A DNA stretch of 64,000 nucleotides from Phycisphaeraceae bacterium (GCA_019636495.1 JAHBXL010000014.1:54061-118060), one strand, 5' to 3'. Positions 1 to 10,295 are shown, counted from the first letter of the stretch. Notes: generated by a model from the letters alone, not told the origin. Numbers and translations: made by a program.

Positions 1-133
1 GGACCCGGACCTTGAGGTCGTGTCGGCGGAGTTCCTCGCGGCGTGCTTGGGCCGTGGTCCCGAGTATGGCCAGCACCGTGGCCGCAGCGACCAGGCCGAT
101 CGCTATCCAGACTTCGGCCTCAAAGGGAACCAT
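1..133 (-). CDS. partial hypothetical membrane protein (N-terminus only, continues past left window edge)
   Basis: ATG (rc) at 133-131 gives MVPFEAEVWIAIGLVAAATVLAILGTTAQARREELRRHDLKVRV, with one clear TM helix. The frame stays open to the window edge. Too short for the ORF track. Divergent from the 185..2755 gene. Confidence 0.3.
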   Translation of the reverse strand, partial: MVPFEAEVWIAIGLVAAATVLAILGTTAQARREELRRHDLKVRV

Positions 134-184
134 GGACCGAACATCGACCACCACGGACGCGTCCATTACCGTTACAATCCCCGA

Positions 185-2755
185 GTGAACCCTCAAGCCC
201 TCTTCATCGCCCTGGCCTTGGTGCTGGCACTCGTCCTGCCATCGGATGCCGCGCGGGCCCAGGGCCGCGCGACGGCCGCGACCGGCACCGGCGACATTCA
301 GTTGCAGATCGGGCAGTTTGGTGTCGGCGGCGCGGCGCGGCCAGGCGATTGGGCCGGTATCGAACTGCTCGCCACCGACTCATCGAACAAACCCCGAAAC
401 GTCCTTTTCCGGATTCGTTTGCGAGACCCCGATGGCGACCGACCGTTGATGCAGCGGGTCGTCACGTTGAACCCGGGCATCCGCCAGTCGGTCTGGCTCT
501 ATGCGCGGCTGCCCGCAACGCTCGCCTCCGGCGGTCTCATCGAGTTCACAGCGCACGAAGCGGTCGAGATCAAGAACGGGCTCGGCGAAGTGATCGGGCA
601 TGAGCCGGGTGTGCTGCAGGCCGTACTCCCTGTGCAAACCACGCCCAATCAGGTGGCCCCGACCGCCAACGGGCTGATCGCCATTGTGGGCAGGCGGAAG
701 GCGGGGCTCGACCAGTATCAGGCGAACCGGCGATCCGGCTCTTCGTACTCGCCGACCGGGCACGAGATCACGGAAATCCTGGACGGGATCGAGCCGGCGC
801 GAATGCCCGACCGCTGGATGGCGTATGCGCCCTTCGAAGCCGTGGTGTGGACCGGCGCGGCGAGCACCGAGCAGCCGTCGCTTCTGTCTGAGACGCAGGC
901 TGAGGCGTTGCGCGAGTGGGTCCGCCGCGGCGGGCATTTGATCGTGATCGTCCCTCCGGCGGCGCAGGGGTGGGTCGGGGTGCCCGCGAATCCGCTGGAG
1001 TCAATCCTGCCGGTCGTCGCACTGGACCGGCGCGAGGGCGAGGACCTGGACCACTTCCGGCCCATGCTGACGCGCCGGGCCAATGTGGCGCTCCCTGCCA
1101 GCGCGGTCGTCAACTTCTTTCGCCCGCGCCCGGATGCGGCGCCGACCGATGCGTTGCCCATCATCAATGGACCCGATGGCACGCCCGTCGTGGTGCGACG
1201 GCTCGTCGGCACGGGTGCCGTGACACTCATCGGCCTGGACCTGACGACGCGGCCGATCGCGGATGTCGCCGGCGCGCTGCAGGCCGACTTGTTCTGGCAC
1301 CGGGTGCTTGGCAAGCGATTGCCCCTGCTCAGCCCCGCTGATCTCGAGCGTGAGACGATCGGCGACATGGCCGCGGGCAAGCGGCCCAAGTGGCAGTTTG
1401 CGCGCCAGGACGCCGACCTCGACGGCGCGATCGGCGGACTCGTGACGCGCTCGGCCCGTGCCGCCGCGGGGCTGCTCATGGCGTTTGTCGTCTTCGTCAT
1501 GTACTGGCTCGCGGCGGGTCCTGTGGGCTACTTCTTGCTCAAGGAGCGGAACTGGAAGCACCACGCATGGGTTGCGTTTGTCGGTGCCGCGGCGCTGTTT
1601 ACGGCGATTTCGTGGGGCGGCGCGAGCGTGCTGCGTACTCGCAAGATCGAGGGGCAGCATGTCACGCTGGTCGACCACGTGTACGGCCAGAGCAACCAGC
1701 GCATGCGCTCGTGGTTCACGGTGCTGCTGCCACGATACGGCGAGCAGCGCGTCGCCATCGGCACGCAACAGGACCTTGAACGCTGGCGGCACACCGTCGC
1801 AGCGTGGGAGGCCATCGGAGGAAGCGGCGGCGCGGGGCTGGCCTCGTTCCCCGATGCGCGGAGTTACGTTGTGGACAGCCGCGCGCCGTGGGCCCTGGAG
1901 GTTCCGGCTCGTGCGACGACCAAGACCTTCCAGGCGGATTGGGCCGGCGGCCTGCCCGCGAACTGGCGGATGATCCGTCCCGTCGCCGCGGAGAACACGC
2001 CGATCGGCCGGGAGATTCGCGTGGTGCCCAACGAGGGGCCGGGGCGCACCTGGCGGCTGGAGGGCGCGATCACGCATGATCTCCCGGGCGAACTGCAGGC
2101 GGTGGATGTCATCGTCGTTCTCGGGCAGACGAATCTGCGCACGCCGACGCCGACATCGCTGGCATACAGCAGCGGCGAACTGCAGGCACGGGTCGTGGCT
2201 TTCAGCAAGCCGGGCGGCGGGTCGTGGAAGCCCGGCGAGGTGATCGACCTCGGGGCCATCACCGGCGGCGATGCTCGCGCGCCGATCCAGGATGCCACGA
2301 TGTGGTTGCGCAGCCTCGTTCCCCAGGCGTCCACAGGCATCGGCCTTTCGCCCAACGAGCGTGCCCTGCGCGATGTGACATCGTCGCTGAACGCGCTGGC
2401 CTTCTTCAGCGTTCTGGCGCCGCCCGATCCGGACCTGTCCGCGACACAGACTGTTGCGCGTCGTCATTCCACGCACGGCTGGGACCTGTCGCGGTGGTTC
2501 ACCCAGCCGTGCATCATCGTCATCGGCCACCTGACCGACGACGGCACCGGCAAGCCCACGGAATGCCCGATGCCGATCTCGGTTGACAACTCCGACCCCG
2601 ACTTCACGCGGAAGGGGATCCTCGGCCGCACGATGGTGCGGTGGGTCTACCCCTTGGTGCCTGCGCCGCCGGCCATGGAGCGGCGTATGGCCTTCGAGGA
2701 TGCGCCGGGGGACGAGCAGCCCATCACGCCTCCGCAGGCGGAACCGACGCCTTGA
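185..2755 (+). CDS. large hypothetical secreted/membrane protein
   Basis: ORF 20..2755. The signal-like segment VNPQALFIALALVLALVLPSDAARAQG suggests a GTG start near 185, but the frame is open to the window edge so the start is uncertain. Two internal TM helices (AAGLLMAFVVFVMYWLAAGPVGYFLL, AWVAFVGAAALFTAISWGGASVL). No recognised catalytic motif. Confidence 0.6.
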   Translation: MNPQALFIALALVLALVLPSDAARAQGRATAATGTGDIQLQIGQFGVGGAARPGDWAGIELLATDSSNKPRNVLFRIRLRDPDGDRPLMQRVVTLNPGIRQSVWLYARLPATLASGGLIEFTAHEAVEIKNGLGEVIGHEPGVLQAVLPVQTTPNQVAPTANGLIAIVGRRKAGLDQYQANRRSGSSYSPTGHEITEILDGIEPARMPDRWMAYAPFEAVVWTGAASTEQPSLLSETQAEALREWVRRGGHLIVIVPPAAQGWVGVPANPLESILPVVALDRREGEDLDHFRPMLTRRANVALPASAVVNFFRPRPDAAPTDALPIINGPDGTPVVVRRLVGTGAVTLIGLDLTTRPIADVAGALQADLFWHRVLGKRLPLLSPADLERETIGDMAAGKRPKWQFARQDADLDGAIGGLVTRSARAAAGLLMAFVVFVMYWLAAGPVGYFLLKERNWKHHAWVAFVGAAALFTAISWGGASVLRTRKIEGQHVTLVDHVYGQSNQRMRSWFTVLLPRYGEQRVAIGTQQDLERWRHTVAAWEAIGGSGGAGLASFPDARSYVVDSRAPWALEVPARATTKTFQADWAGGLPANWRMIRPVAAENTPIGREIRVVPNEGPGRTWRLEGAITHDLPGELQAVDVIVVLGQTNLRTPTPTSLAYSSGELQARVVAFSKPGGGSWKPGEVIDLGAITGGDARAPIQDATMWLRSLVPQASTGIGLSPNERALRDVTSSLNALAFFSVLAPPDPDLSATQTVARRHSTHGWDLSRWFTQPCIIVIGHLTDDGTGKPTECPMPISVDNSDPDFTRKGILGRTMVRWVYPLVPAPPAMERRMAFEDAPGDEQPITPPQAEPTP

Positions 2756-2834
2756 GTTTCTGAGCATCGAGAAGAATGAGATCGACTTGTTCTCGCCGCC
2801 GCGAGCGGCCGACCCGGAGTACCCGACCGTGCCG

Positions 2835-3815
2835 ATGATCGAAACGATCAACCTGACAAAGCGCTACGGCGACCTGGTCGCGCTCGACTCGCTGAACCTG
2901 TCGATCGAGCAGGGCGACTGCTTCGGGTTCATCGGCCCCAACGGCGCGGGCAAGACGACCACCATCAAGATCCTCGCCACGCTGCTGAAGCCATCAAGCG
3001 GTCAGGCGATGATCGACGGCCTGACGGTCGGTTACCAGAACCGCCAGATCCGCCCGCTCATCGGCTACGTGCCCGACTTCATGGGCGCGTACGAGGACAT
3101 GGTTGTCACCGAGTACCTCGAGTTCTTCTCGGCCTGCTACAACATCCACGGCCAGCAGCGCAAGAAGGTCGTGGCGGATGTGCTCGACCTGACGGACCTG
3201 AACTACAAGGCCACGGCCGAGGTCAACTCGCTCTCCCGCGGGATGCAGCAGCGGCTCTCGATTGCACGCGTCCTGCTGCACGATCCCAAGGTCCTGCTCA
3301 TGGACGAGCCCGCCTCGGGCCTCGACCCGCGTGCCCGCATCGAGATTCGCGAACTGCTCAAAGAACTCAAGCGGATGGGCAAGACCATCATCATCTCGTC
3401 GCACATCCTGCCCGAACTCGGCGAGTTGTGCAACGTCGTCGGCATCATCGAACGCGGACAACTGTTGTTCTCAGGCTCGGTACAGCAGGCCATGCAGCGC
3501 GCCAGGGTGGGCAACGTCGTGCACGTCGCCGTCGCCGACCGCACTGCCGCGGCGGTCAAAGTCCTTCAGGCCATGCCCGGCGTTGCCAAAATCAGCGTCG
3601 TCGAGGGCCAGCCGACGCCCAAGGGCCTCAACGGCTCGGCTGCGCACTGGGACGGGCGGATCATCCACGTGCACTTTGACGCGGGTGCCAAGGCCGATGT
3701 CACCGACGTGCCGAACCTGCTGATCAACCAGGGCTTCCGCATCCTGCAGTTCACCGAAGAGGCGGTAAACCTCGAGACAGCGTTCATGCGTCTGACCAAG
3801 GGCGTGGTGCAGTAG
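2835..3815 (+). CDS. ABC transporter ATP-binding protein (ABC-2/NatA-like exporter ATPase)
   Basis: ATG at 2835 (MIETINLTKRYG). Walker A GPNGAGKTT, signature LSRGMQQRLSIA, Walker B LLMDEPASGLD, H-loop SSHIL. The ORF-track start at 2583 is an upstream extension. Confidence 0.9.
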   Translation: MIETINLTKRYGDLVALDSLNLSIEQGDCFGFIGPNGAGKTTTIKILATLLKPSSGQAMIDGLTVGYQNRQIRPLIGYVPDFMGAYEDMVVTEYLEFFSACYNIHGQQRKKVVADVLDLTDLNYKATAEVNSLSRGMQQRLSIARVLLHDPKVLLMDEPASGLDPRARIEIRELLKELKRMGKTIIISSHILPELGELCNVVGIIERGQLLFSGSVQQAMQRARVGNVVHVAVADRTAAAVKVLQAMPGVAKISVVEGQPTPKGLNGSAAHWDGRIIHVHFDAGAKADVTDVPNLLINQGFRILQFTEEAVNLETAFMRLTKGVVQ

Positions 3816-3872
3816 CGGCCGGGCCGCACCCGAGCCCGGAACGCGCCCGCGCAGGTCGGAAAGTCGCAAAGG

Positions 3873-6605
3873 TCACGGCGCGTGCGTGTTGCCGGCTGCC
3901 CTCCTGCCGGGGGCGCACAGAGTTTCAATGACCAGCGCGGTCCAGCCTGTCTGGTGAGTCGCGCCCAGACCGCGCCCCGTGTCGCCGTGGAAGTACTCGT
4001 GGAAGTACACCAGGTTCTTCCAGTGCGGGTCGAGGGCGAAGCGGTCATCATCGCCATGGCAGGGCCTGCGGCCCGCGCCATCGGGGAGGACCAGCGAGGA
4101 CAGTCGCGACCGCAACTCGTCGGCGGCTCGGGCAAGGGTGATGCGCCGTCCCGAGCCTTGCGGGAACTCGATGGTGATGCTGTCGCCGTAGAAGTGGTGG
4201 TAGCGTTCGATCGCTTCGATCAGCAGGTAGTTGATCGGGAACCAGATCGGCCCGCGCCAGTTGGAGTTGCCGCCGAACAGACCGGTGGTCGATTCGCCCG
4301 GCGAGTAGTCCACGCGGAACTCCTCTCCGCCGGCATGAAGGACAAAGGGCTCGCGCTCGTGGTGCTTGCTCACCGATCTCACGCCGAAGGGGGAGAGAAA
4401 CCCGGACTCGTCGAACATGTGCGAAAGGACGCGCTCGAGCCGCGCGCGCGACGGGATGGAGAGCAATCTCGCCCCGGCGTGCTGCCCAGCGTGCGCACAC
4501 GCGCAGGTCGTATGCCATGACAGATCGGTCCTGTTCTTCAGGAACCACTCCATGCGACGCTTGAAATCGGGCAGGCGATCGATGGTCGCCGAGTCGAGCA
4601 CCTCGACGGCCAGGATTGGGATCAGGCAGACGAGCGAGCGAATCGGAAGCCTGGTCGCCTTGTCGCCCAGGCTGATCTGGTCGTAGTACAGCCCGTCGGC
4701 CTCGTCCCAGAGCCCCGTCCCGCCGAGCGTGTTCATGGCGTCCGTGATCGCGATGAAATGCTCGAAGAACTTGGTCGCGATGTCCTCGTACGCCGGATCG
4801 CCCGCGGCGAGTTCCAGGGCCATGCTCAGCATGGTGCCGCAGTAGAAGGCCATCCACGCCGTGCCATCGGCCTGCTCGAGGTGCCCGCCCGTGGGCAACG
4901 GGCGCGAACGATCGAACACGCCGATGTTGTCGAGGCCGAGGAACCCGCCCGCGAACAGATTCCGGCCGCCCGGGTCCTTCCGGTTGACCCACCACGTGAA
5001 GTTGAGCAGCAACTTCTGGAAGCAGCGCGCAAGGAACACGCGGTCGCGGCTGCCGCGTACGCCGGTCATCTTGTACACGCGCCAGACCGCCCACGCGTGC
5101 ACGGGGGGATTCACATCGCCGAACGCGAACTCGTAGGCCGGGATCTGCCCATTGGGGTGCATGTACCACTCGCGGAGCAGCAGCACCAACTGGTCCTTGG
5201 CGAAGCCGGGGTCGAGGCGTGCAAACGGGATCATCTGAAAGGCAAGGTCCCAAGCGGCATACCACGGGTACTCCCACTTGTCGGGCATCGAAATGATGTC
5301 TGCGTTGTTGAGGTGCGACCAGTCGGCGTTCCTGCCTCGGGTTCGTTCGATCGGCGGCGCCGGGGGCTTCGGGTCGCCGCGGAGCCATGCGGGAATGTCG
5401 ATGTGGTAGAACTGCTTGCTCCACAGCAGCCCCGCCGCGGCCTGCCGCGCAACGTTTCTCGCCTCATCATCAACCTCGCCGAAGTTGCGAGGCGGAGCGT
5501 CGTAGAAGTCATCGGCCTCGCGCTGCCGCTGCTCGAACACCTGATCGAACGAGGGGCCGAACCCCGGGCCGCGCGGCGCGGCCTTGCCGTCTTCGCGCGA
5601 GAGGCGCAACCGCACGACGCTCGATCCGCCCGCCTCCAGGTCGAGAACGTACCACGGCGCGCACTTGGTGCCGCGACCCGCGGGGTTCACCGCCTCCTCG
5701 CGACCGTCGATCACGCGTTCGTGGAACGCGTCCTTGACATGGGGCGAGTCGTTCGCCGCGCCCCAGAGCCGCTGTGCGTTGCTCTCGTTCTCCGTGAACA
5801 GCCAGCGCGGATGCTCGCCGCCCGATGCCGCGGCGGCAACGAAGCGATGTCGGCCGAGATCGGATTCGCACGCTACGGTGCCCCCGCGCCGAAGTTCGAG
5901 GAGCGGGCGGGGCGAGCCCTCGCTCCATGACCATGTGTTGCGAAACCAGAGCGTCGGCAGCAGATGGAGCGTTGCCCTCTCGGGCCCTCGATTGTGCACC
6001 GTGATGCGCACGAGGATGTCCTCCGGCGAGGCCTTGGCATACTCAACCTGCACGTCGAACACGCGCCCGCCATCCAGTGCGCCGGTGTCGGCGAGTTCGA
6101 ACTCGCACTCGTGCCGGGTGCGACGCCGGTTCTCCTCGACGAGCCGGGCGTACGGGAACTCCTGCTGCGGGTACTTGTACAGGGCCTTCATGTAGGAATG
6201 TGTCGGTGTTGAATCCAGATAGAAGTAGTGCTCTTTGACGTCCTCGCCATGGTTGCCCTCGGGGCCCGTCAGTCCGAACAGGCGTTCCTTCAGAATCGGG
6301 TCGCGCCCGTTCCACATCGCCAGCGCCAGGCACAGCCGCGACTGGTCGTCGCAGATGCCCAGAAGGCCGTCTTCACCCCAGCGATAGGCGCGGCTGCGCG
6401 CATGGTCGTGCGGGAACGAGTTCCAGCAGTCGCCATCGTGCGAGTAGTCCTCGCGGACGGTGCCCCACTGCCGCTCAGCCAGATAGGGCCCCCACTTCCT
6501 CCACGGCGCAAGCCCCGCGTCCGCCTCCTGCAGCCGCCTGGTCTCGGCACCGGCACTTGCATCAAGGACGGGGGCGGACTTCGGTTCAACTGTCGGCGTG
6601 AGCAT
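3873..6605 (-). CDS. GH63-like glucosidase (MGH1/glucosylglycerate-mannosylglycerate hydrolase-like family)
   Basis: WRKWGPYLAERQWGTVREDYS...RAYRWGEDGLLGICD...LALAMWNGRDPILKERLFGL...EDVKEHYFYLD matches my memory of bacterial GH63 family proteins. GAAGGA sits 6 nt before the ATG at 6605 (alternative ATG at 6611). The ORF-track start at 6884 is an extension. Confidence 0.75.
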   Translation of the reverse strand: MLTPTVEPKSAPVLDASAGAETRRLQEADAGLAPWRKWGPYLAERQWGTVREDYSHDGDCWNSFPHDHARSRAYRWGEDGLLGICDDQSRLCLALAMWNGRDPILKERLFGLTGPEGNHGEDVKEHYFYLDSTPTHSYMKALYKYPQQEFPYARLVEENRRRTRHECEFELADTGALDGGRVFDVQVEYAKASPEDILVRITVHNRGPERATLHLLPTLWFRNTWSWSEGSPRPLLELRRGGTVACESDLGRHRFVAAAASGGEHPRWLFTENESNAQRLWGAANDSPHVKDAFHERVIDGREEAVNPAGRGTKCAPWYVLDLEAGGSSVVRLRLSREDGKAAPRGPGFGPSFDQVFEQRQREADDFYDAPPRNFGEVDDEARNVARQAAAGLLWSKQFYHIDIPAWLRGDPKPPAPPIERTRGRNADWSHLNNADIISMPDKWEYPWYAAWDLAFQMIPFARLDPGFAKDQLVLLLREWYMHPNGQIPAYEFAFGDVNPPVHAWAVWRVYKMTGVRGSRDRVFLARCFQKLLLNFTWWVNRKDPGGRNLFAGGFLGLDNIGVFDRSRPLPTGGHLEQADGTAWMAFYCGTMLSMALELAAGDPAYEDIATKFFEHFIAITDAMNTLGGTGLWDEADGLYYDQISLGDKATRLPIRSLVCLIPILAVEVLDSATIDRLPDFKRRMEWFLKNRTDLSWHTTCACAHAGQHAGARLLSIPSRARLERVLSHMFDESGFLSPFGVRSVSKHHEREPFVLHAGGEEFRVDYSPGESTTGLFGGNSNWRGPIWFPINYLLIEAIERYHHFYGDSITIEFPQGSGRRITLARAADELRSRLSSLVLPDGAGRRPCHGDDDRFALDPHWKNLVYFHEYFHGDTGRGLGATHQTGWTALVIETLCAPGRRAAGNTHAP

Positions 6606-6697
6606 TCGCATTCCTTCGCCGCGTCGCGGTTGTGTGATCTTTGGTTCAGAATCCCCGTCTCGCGGCAACGCCGGCGAGCCTCCGCCGTACCGCCGCT

Positions 6698-7810
6698 TCA
6701 TGGACGCTCCCTGCCGGGCGCGCAGGCGGGCTCGAGCAGCACGAGGTGGCGGTCCGGGTCGCGCACGAGGAACGGCGACACCCGCCCGTCGGCACGGCAG
6801 CCGCGCGATACCACAGGCGTGCCCGCGGCTTCCATCGCGACCAGAAGTCCGGCCGCATCGGCTGCCGAGAGCCGCGTTGTCCATGCCAGCGCGTCGTTGG
6901 GCACCGCATCGGCCGGCGTGTCGCGCCCGTTCCGCGGCGAGAGATACTCGAGTAGTTCGACGCCCGGCCCGTGCTGGGCACGGAGCGTGGTGATGCGCAG
7001 CCTTGCGCCCTCGACGTTGTTCAGGCGCGCCTGCTCGGGGCCGTGGTTCTCGCTCTGGCCCACGACCCGCATGCCCAGCAGGTCGCGGTAGAACCCCAGG
7101 GCGCGCTCGGTATCACGCACGACGATGGCGGTGTGGTCGACTCCAAGGAACAGGCTGTCGGCGCGGCCCTGCCAGCGCGGATCGCCCTTGCCCTCGGGAA
7201 AGCGGATGATCTCCAGGACGTGCCCCTCGGGCGCTTTGAAGTAGAAGGCAGAGATTCCCGCCGCGGCAGGGATGCTCTCAGGGAGCGTCTGCGGCGCGGG
7301 CGAAGCGTGCCGAACGTTGCAGCGGCGCAGGTGCGCATAGGCCAGGTCGATGTCCGACACGACGATCGCGGCGTGTTGGAACCAGCAGTCGTTGCTGCGA
7401 GAGTCGATCGGGATCGGCCGGCCCTCCGGCGCGATGAACTGGGTGAGGCGCAACTGTTCATCGCCGAGAGCCAGCGTCGCCTCGCGGATCCGCGCGCCGA
7501 AAACGCCGGTGGTGCGCTCGACCTCGGGCCCGTGCCGTTCATCGACTGCGACCAGCCGAAACTCAAGGACGCCCGTGAAGAACTCGATGTTCCGTTCGAG
7601 GTCGGCAACGGTGAGCCCGACACTCCGCACGGAATCGACAGGCGGCTCAAGCGCGATGATCGAACGAGCGGCCACGATGCCGCGGGAGGGGGCTGAACCA
7701 GCGGACGACGGCCCGCCGAAGAGGATCGCCGCGGCGGCGGCGAGCACCAGCGCGGCGTCGATGGCGCTTCGGATCATTCGCTCGAGTGCGCTTCCGACGG
7801 TTCCTGTCAT
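6698..7810 (-). CDS. VOC (glyoxalase/bleomycin-resistance/dioxygenase) family protein, about three VOC modules, N-terminal signal/TM
   Basis: Start MTGTVGS at 7810, preceded by AGGAGG. Repeated VOC-like modules (VGLTVADLERNIEFFTGVLEF; FQHAAIVVSDIDLAYAHL; VDHTAIVVRDTERALGFYRDLLGM). The ATGA overlap with the upstream GMC gene stop (7807-7810) supports the start. Confidence 0.75.
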   Translation of the reverse strand: MTGTVGSALERMIRSAIDAALVLAAAAAILFGGPSSAGSAPSRGIVAARSIIALEPPVDSVRSVGLTVADLERNIEFFTGVLEFRLVAVDERHGPEVERTTGVFGARIREATLALGDEQLRLTQFIAPEGRPIPIDSRSNDCWFQHAAIVVSDIDLAYAHLRRCNVRHASPAPQTLPESIPAAAGISAFYFKAPEGHVLEIIRFPEGKGDPRWQGRADSLFLGVDHTAIVVRDTERALGFYRDLLGMRVVGQSENHGPEQARLNNVEGARLRITTLRAQHGPGVELLEYLSPRNGRDTPADAVPNDALAWTTRLSAADAAGLLVAMEAAGTPVVSRGCRADGRVSPFLVRDPDRHLVLLEPACAPGRERP

Positions 7811-9390
7811 GATGCGACCTCCTGGGCTGCACAGGCGACGGCGCGAGCGCCCAGCCGCTCGATGAGGTGATCGCCGACGCGGAGCGCATTGGCCATGATC
7901 GTGAGCGATGGGTTCACCGCCGCCGACGATGGGAAGAACGAAGCATCGACGGCGTACAGGTTGTCGAGGTCGTGCGCCTTGCAGTTCACATCGAGCACGC
8001 TGTCGCGCGGGTCGCGCCCGAACCGAAGCGTGCCGCTCTGATGGCTGACGCCGCTGATGCCCAGCCGTGCGGTCAGACAGGCCGGCGGTTGGTGTCCGGC
8101 TCGCCTGGCGGCCTCCTGCAGGGCGCGAGTGAAGCGATGAACAAGGCGGTCGTAGGCCTCGGTGTTGTTGGGCGTGTACGACAGGCGGACCGCGCCATCG
8201 GGCATCAGTTCCACGCGGTTCGCCGGGTCGGGCAGGTCCTCGGCCGTCAGAAAGAAGTCCACCGTGCGGGACTTGATGCTGTCCACACTCTGGTCGGGCA
8301 ATGCGTCGCCCTTGATCCACTCGAGCGTCCCGCGGTCGGATCTGCCCATGAGTTGGATGGTCCCGAGGGGGAGCGCTCCGTGGCCATCATCGGGATCGCC
8401 GGAGTAGAAGTCCGTCAGTCCGAAGTGCTTCTGGAATCGCGACGGGTTCGGACGGTCATAGACCGCAATGAAACAGCCGTTCTGATGGCTCATGTAGCAT
8501 CGGCCGACCATGCCGGAGGAGTTTGCCAGTCCGCGCGGATGGCCCGCGCAGGCAGACCGCAGGAGCAGCGCGGCGGAGTTGATCGCGCCGCACGCGAGGA
8601 CAAACGCGCGGGCCCGGAACTCGTGCCGCTCGCCATCGCGCTCGACAATGACGCGCTCGATCGAGTCGCCGGCGGAGTCGGTCTCGAGCCGGATCGCCCG
8701 CGCGCGGGTCACAAGCGTCATGGTGGGCCGGAGCAACGCGGGCCGGAGCGCGGAGACGTGCGCATCGGCCTTGGTCTCGGTGGGATCGGGGTAGCCGTCG
8801 AAGTTTCCCAGACGGACCGGGGCGGTCGCGGGCCCGGCCATGTCGGAGCGGATGCCCAGTGGGATCGGGAAGGGCCGCAGGCCGGTCGCCCGGAGTTGCT
8901 GCATCAGTTCGGCGATGCGCGGCTCGGGTTCGAGGGGGGCATCGTCAAAGGGCGCGCTGGCCCAGGGTTCGCACGGATCGCTCCCGCGGAGCCCGCGCAC
9001 GCTGTAGAGATGTTCAGCCTCGGTGTAGTACGGTTCGAGTTCGTTGTAGGTGATTGGCCATGCGGGGGAGACGCCGCCGTAGTGCCGGACCTCTGCGAAG
9101 TCGTGCTCGCGCATCCGCAGCAGCGCTGCGCCGTAGAACTTGGTGTTGCCGCCGACGCAGTAATGCGTGTAGGGCGAGAAGGGCTGCCCGTGTCGGTCGT
9201 GCCACGTCTCGGCCGCCTGGTAGCGCTTGCACTCGAACACCTCGCGCGGATCGGTGTTCTCCTGCTCTCGCGGGACATAATCCCCGCGCTCGAGCACCAG
9301 CACGCGAAGGCCTGACGGCGCAAGCCGGTGCGCCAGCGTCGCCCCTCCCGCACCGGACCCGATGATCACAATGTCGTGCTTGTCGCTCAT
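7807..9390 (-). CDS. GMC family oxidoreductase (FAD-dependent)
   Basis: MSDKHDIVIIGSGAGGATLAHRLA (GxGxxG FAD fold), and the overall sequence matches my memory of GMC oxidoreductases. Start at 9390 overlaps the MIP gene stop (tcat at 9387-9390, i.e. ATGA on the coding strand). Confidence 0.85.
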   Translation of the reverse strand: MSDKHDIVIIGSGAGGATLAHRLAPSGLRVLVLERGDYVPREQENTDPREVFECKRYQAAETWHDRHGQPFSPYTHYCVGGNTKFYGAALLRMREHDFAEVRHYGGVSPAWPITYNELEPYYTEAEHLYSVRGLRGSDPCEPWASAPFDDAPLEPEPRIAELMQQLRATGLRPFPIPLGIRSDMAGPATAPVRLGNFDGYPDPTETKADAHVSALRPALLRPTMTLVTRARAIRLETDSAGDSIERVIVERDGERHEFRARAFVLACGAINSAALLLRSACAGHPRGLANSSGMVGRCYMSHQNGCFIAVYDRPNPSRFQKHFGLTDFYSGDPDDGHGALPLGTIQLMGRSDRGTLEWIKGDALPDQSVDSIKSRTVDFFLTAEDLPDPANRVELMPDGAVRLSYTPNNTEAYDRLVHRFTRALQEAARRAGHQPPACLTARLGISGVSHQSGTLRFGRDPRDSVLDVNCKAHDLDNLYAVDASFFPSSAAVNPSLTIMANALRVGDHLIERLGARAVACAAQEVAS

Positions 9391-10262
9391 GGAATGGTGC
9401 TCGGTGTTGCTTCGCCGCGGCGCGGCATTGGGTGCATCGCTGCCTCGCCGTGTTCGATGCCGACGACGACGTCGCGGTTGCCGTTGCGATTGACGCCGCG
9501 ACAATGCAGCCCGCACCGGTGCGCGGCATGCGGCGTCAGGGTCGGTGCGGCGTCGGCGCGGCCGTACGCAGCGGTGTGGGCGGCGGCGGCGAGCAACATC
9601 GCCGTTGTGGGCGCGACCAAGTAGACCCAGATGGAGTCGGCGCTCCGCGCAGCAAAGGCGGAAGCGACTGTGCGGGCGGGGTTCATGCTCATGCCCGAGA
9701 GTGGCGCCTCGAACGTGATGAACAGCGCAACCATCCCGCCCGCGGCAAAGCCGGTGTACGGCGCGGCGCCGGATCTGCCCAGCGCCAGCACGGCGGAGAG
9801 GAGTGCAAACGAGATCACCGCTTCAGCCAACAGCGCCGCGGCCGTGCCGCGCGAGCCGGGGACGGTCCGCACGTGGCTCACGCTGGGGTGAGCAATGCGC
9901 GGGCCGAGCAGGAGGCCGGCCGCGAGCATCCCGAGAATGCCCCCGCCGAACTGCGCCGCCACGTAGAACGCCGCGTCGTGCGTTGCGATCCGACCCATCG
10001 CGGCGAACGAAAGCGTGACCGCGGGGTTCATGTGCGCGCCCGAGCGCTGACCCCAGGGCGAGTAGATCAGTGCGACGGCTGTCAACCCCATCGCCGCGCC
10101 GATGGTCGCCCGCCGCGCGAAGGGCGATCGGATGCGCCGGCTCAATCGCGAGTCGGGGTGCTGCACAAGGGCCACCGCGATGCTCGCCGAGAGCATGAAG
10201 ATGCCCAGCAGCGTGGCCTCGATCAGATAGAGCGGCCAATGCCGACCGAACGTGTGGAGCAT
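9387..10262 (-). CDS. MIP/aquaporin family channel with C-terminal His/Cys-containing extension
   Basis: Two NPA boxes (GAHMNPAVT and GMSMNPART) and six predicted TM segments. A tail of about 55 aa follows the last TM (HAAHRCGLHCRGVNRNGNRDVVVGIEHGEAAMHPMP). Confidence 0.85.
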   Translation of the reverse strand: MLHTFGRHWPLYLIEATLLGIFMLSASIAVALVQHPDSRLSRRIRSPFARRATIGAAMGLTAVALIYSPWGQRSGAHMNPAVTLSFAAMGRIATHDAAFYVAAQFGGGILGMLAAGLLLGPRIAHPSVSHVRTVPGSRGTAAALLAEAVISFALLSAVLALGRSGAAPYTGFAAGGMVALFITFEAPLSGMSMNPARTVASAFAARSADSIWVYLVAPTTAMLLAAAAHTAAYGRADAAPTLTPHAAHRCGLHCRGVNRNGNRDVVVGIEHGEAAMHPMPRRGEATPSTIP

Positions 10263-10295
10263 GAGCGTGTCGCCTTGCCCGAGCGGTCGGACGCT

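Noticed and set aside
1001-2851. Very long antisense or off-frame ORFs throughout the window. Examples: 1001..2851(-), 16546..17754(+), 21280..23145(+), 26819..28831(-), 38007..42479(-), 48982..51306(-), 51068..52849(-), 45534..47744(+).
   Set aside because: They overlap genes with clear family motifs. They translate to Arg/Pro/Gly/Ala-rich low-information sequence, as expected from stop-codon depletion in GC-rich DNA. No motif was recognised in any of them.
3816-3872. GC palindromes (GCGGCCGGGCCGC; CCGGGC..GCCCGG) between the convergent ABC and GH63 genes, considered as a bidirectional terminator.
   Set aside because: Short stems and no U-tract on either strand. Such palindromes are common by chance in GC-rich DNA.
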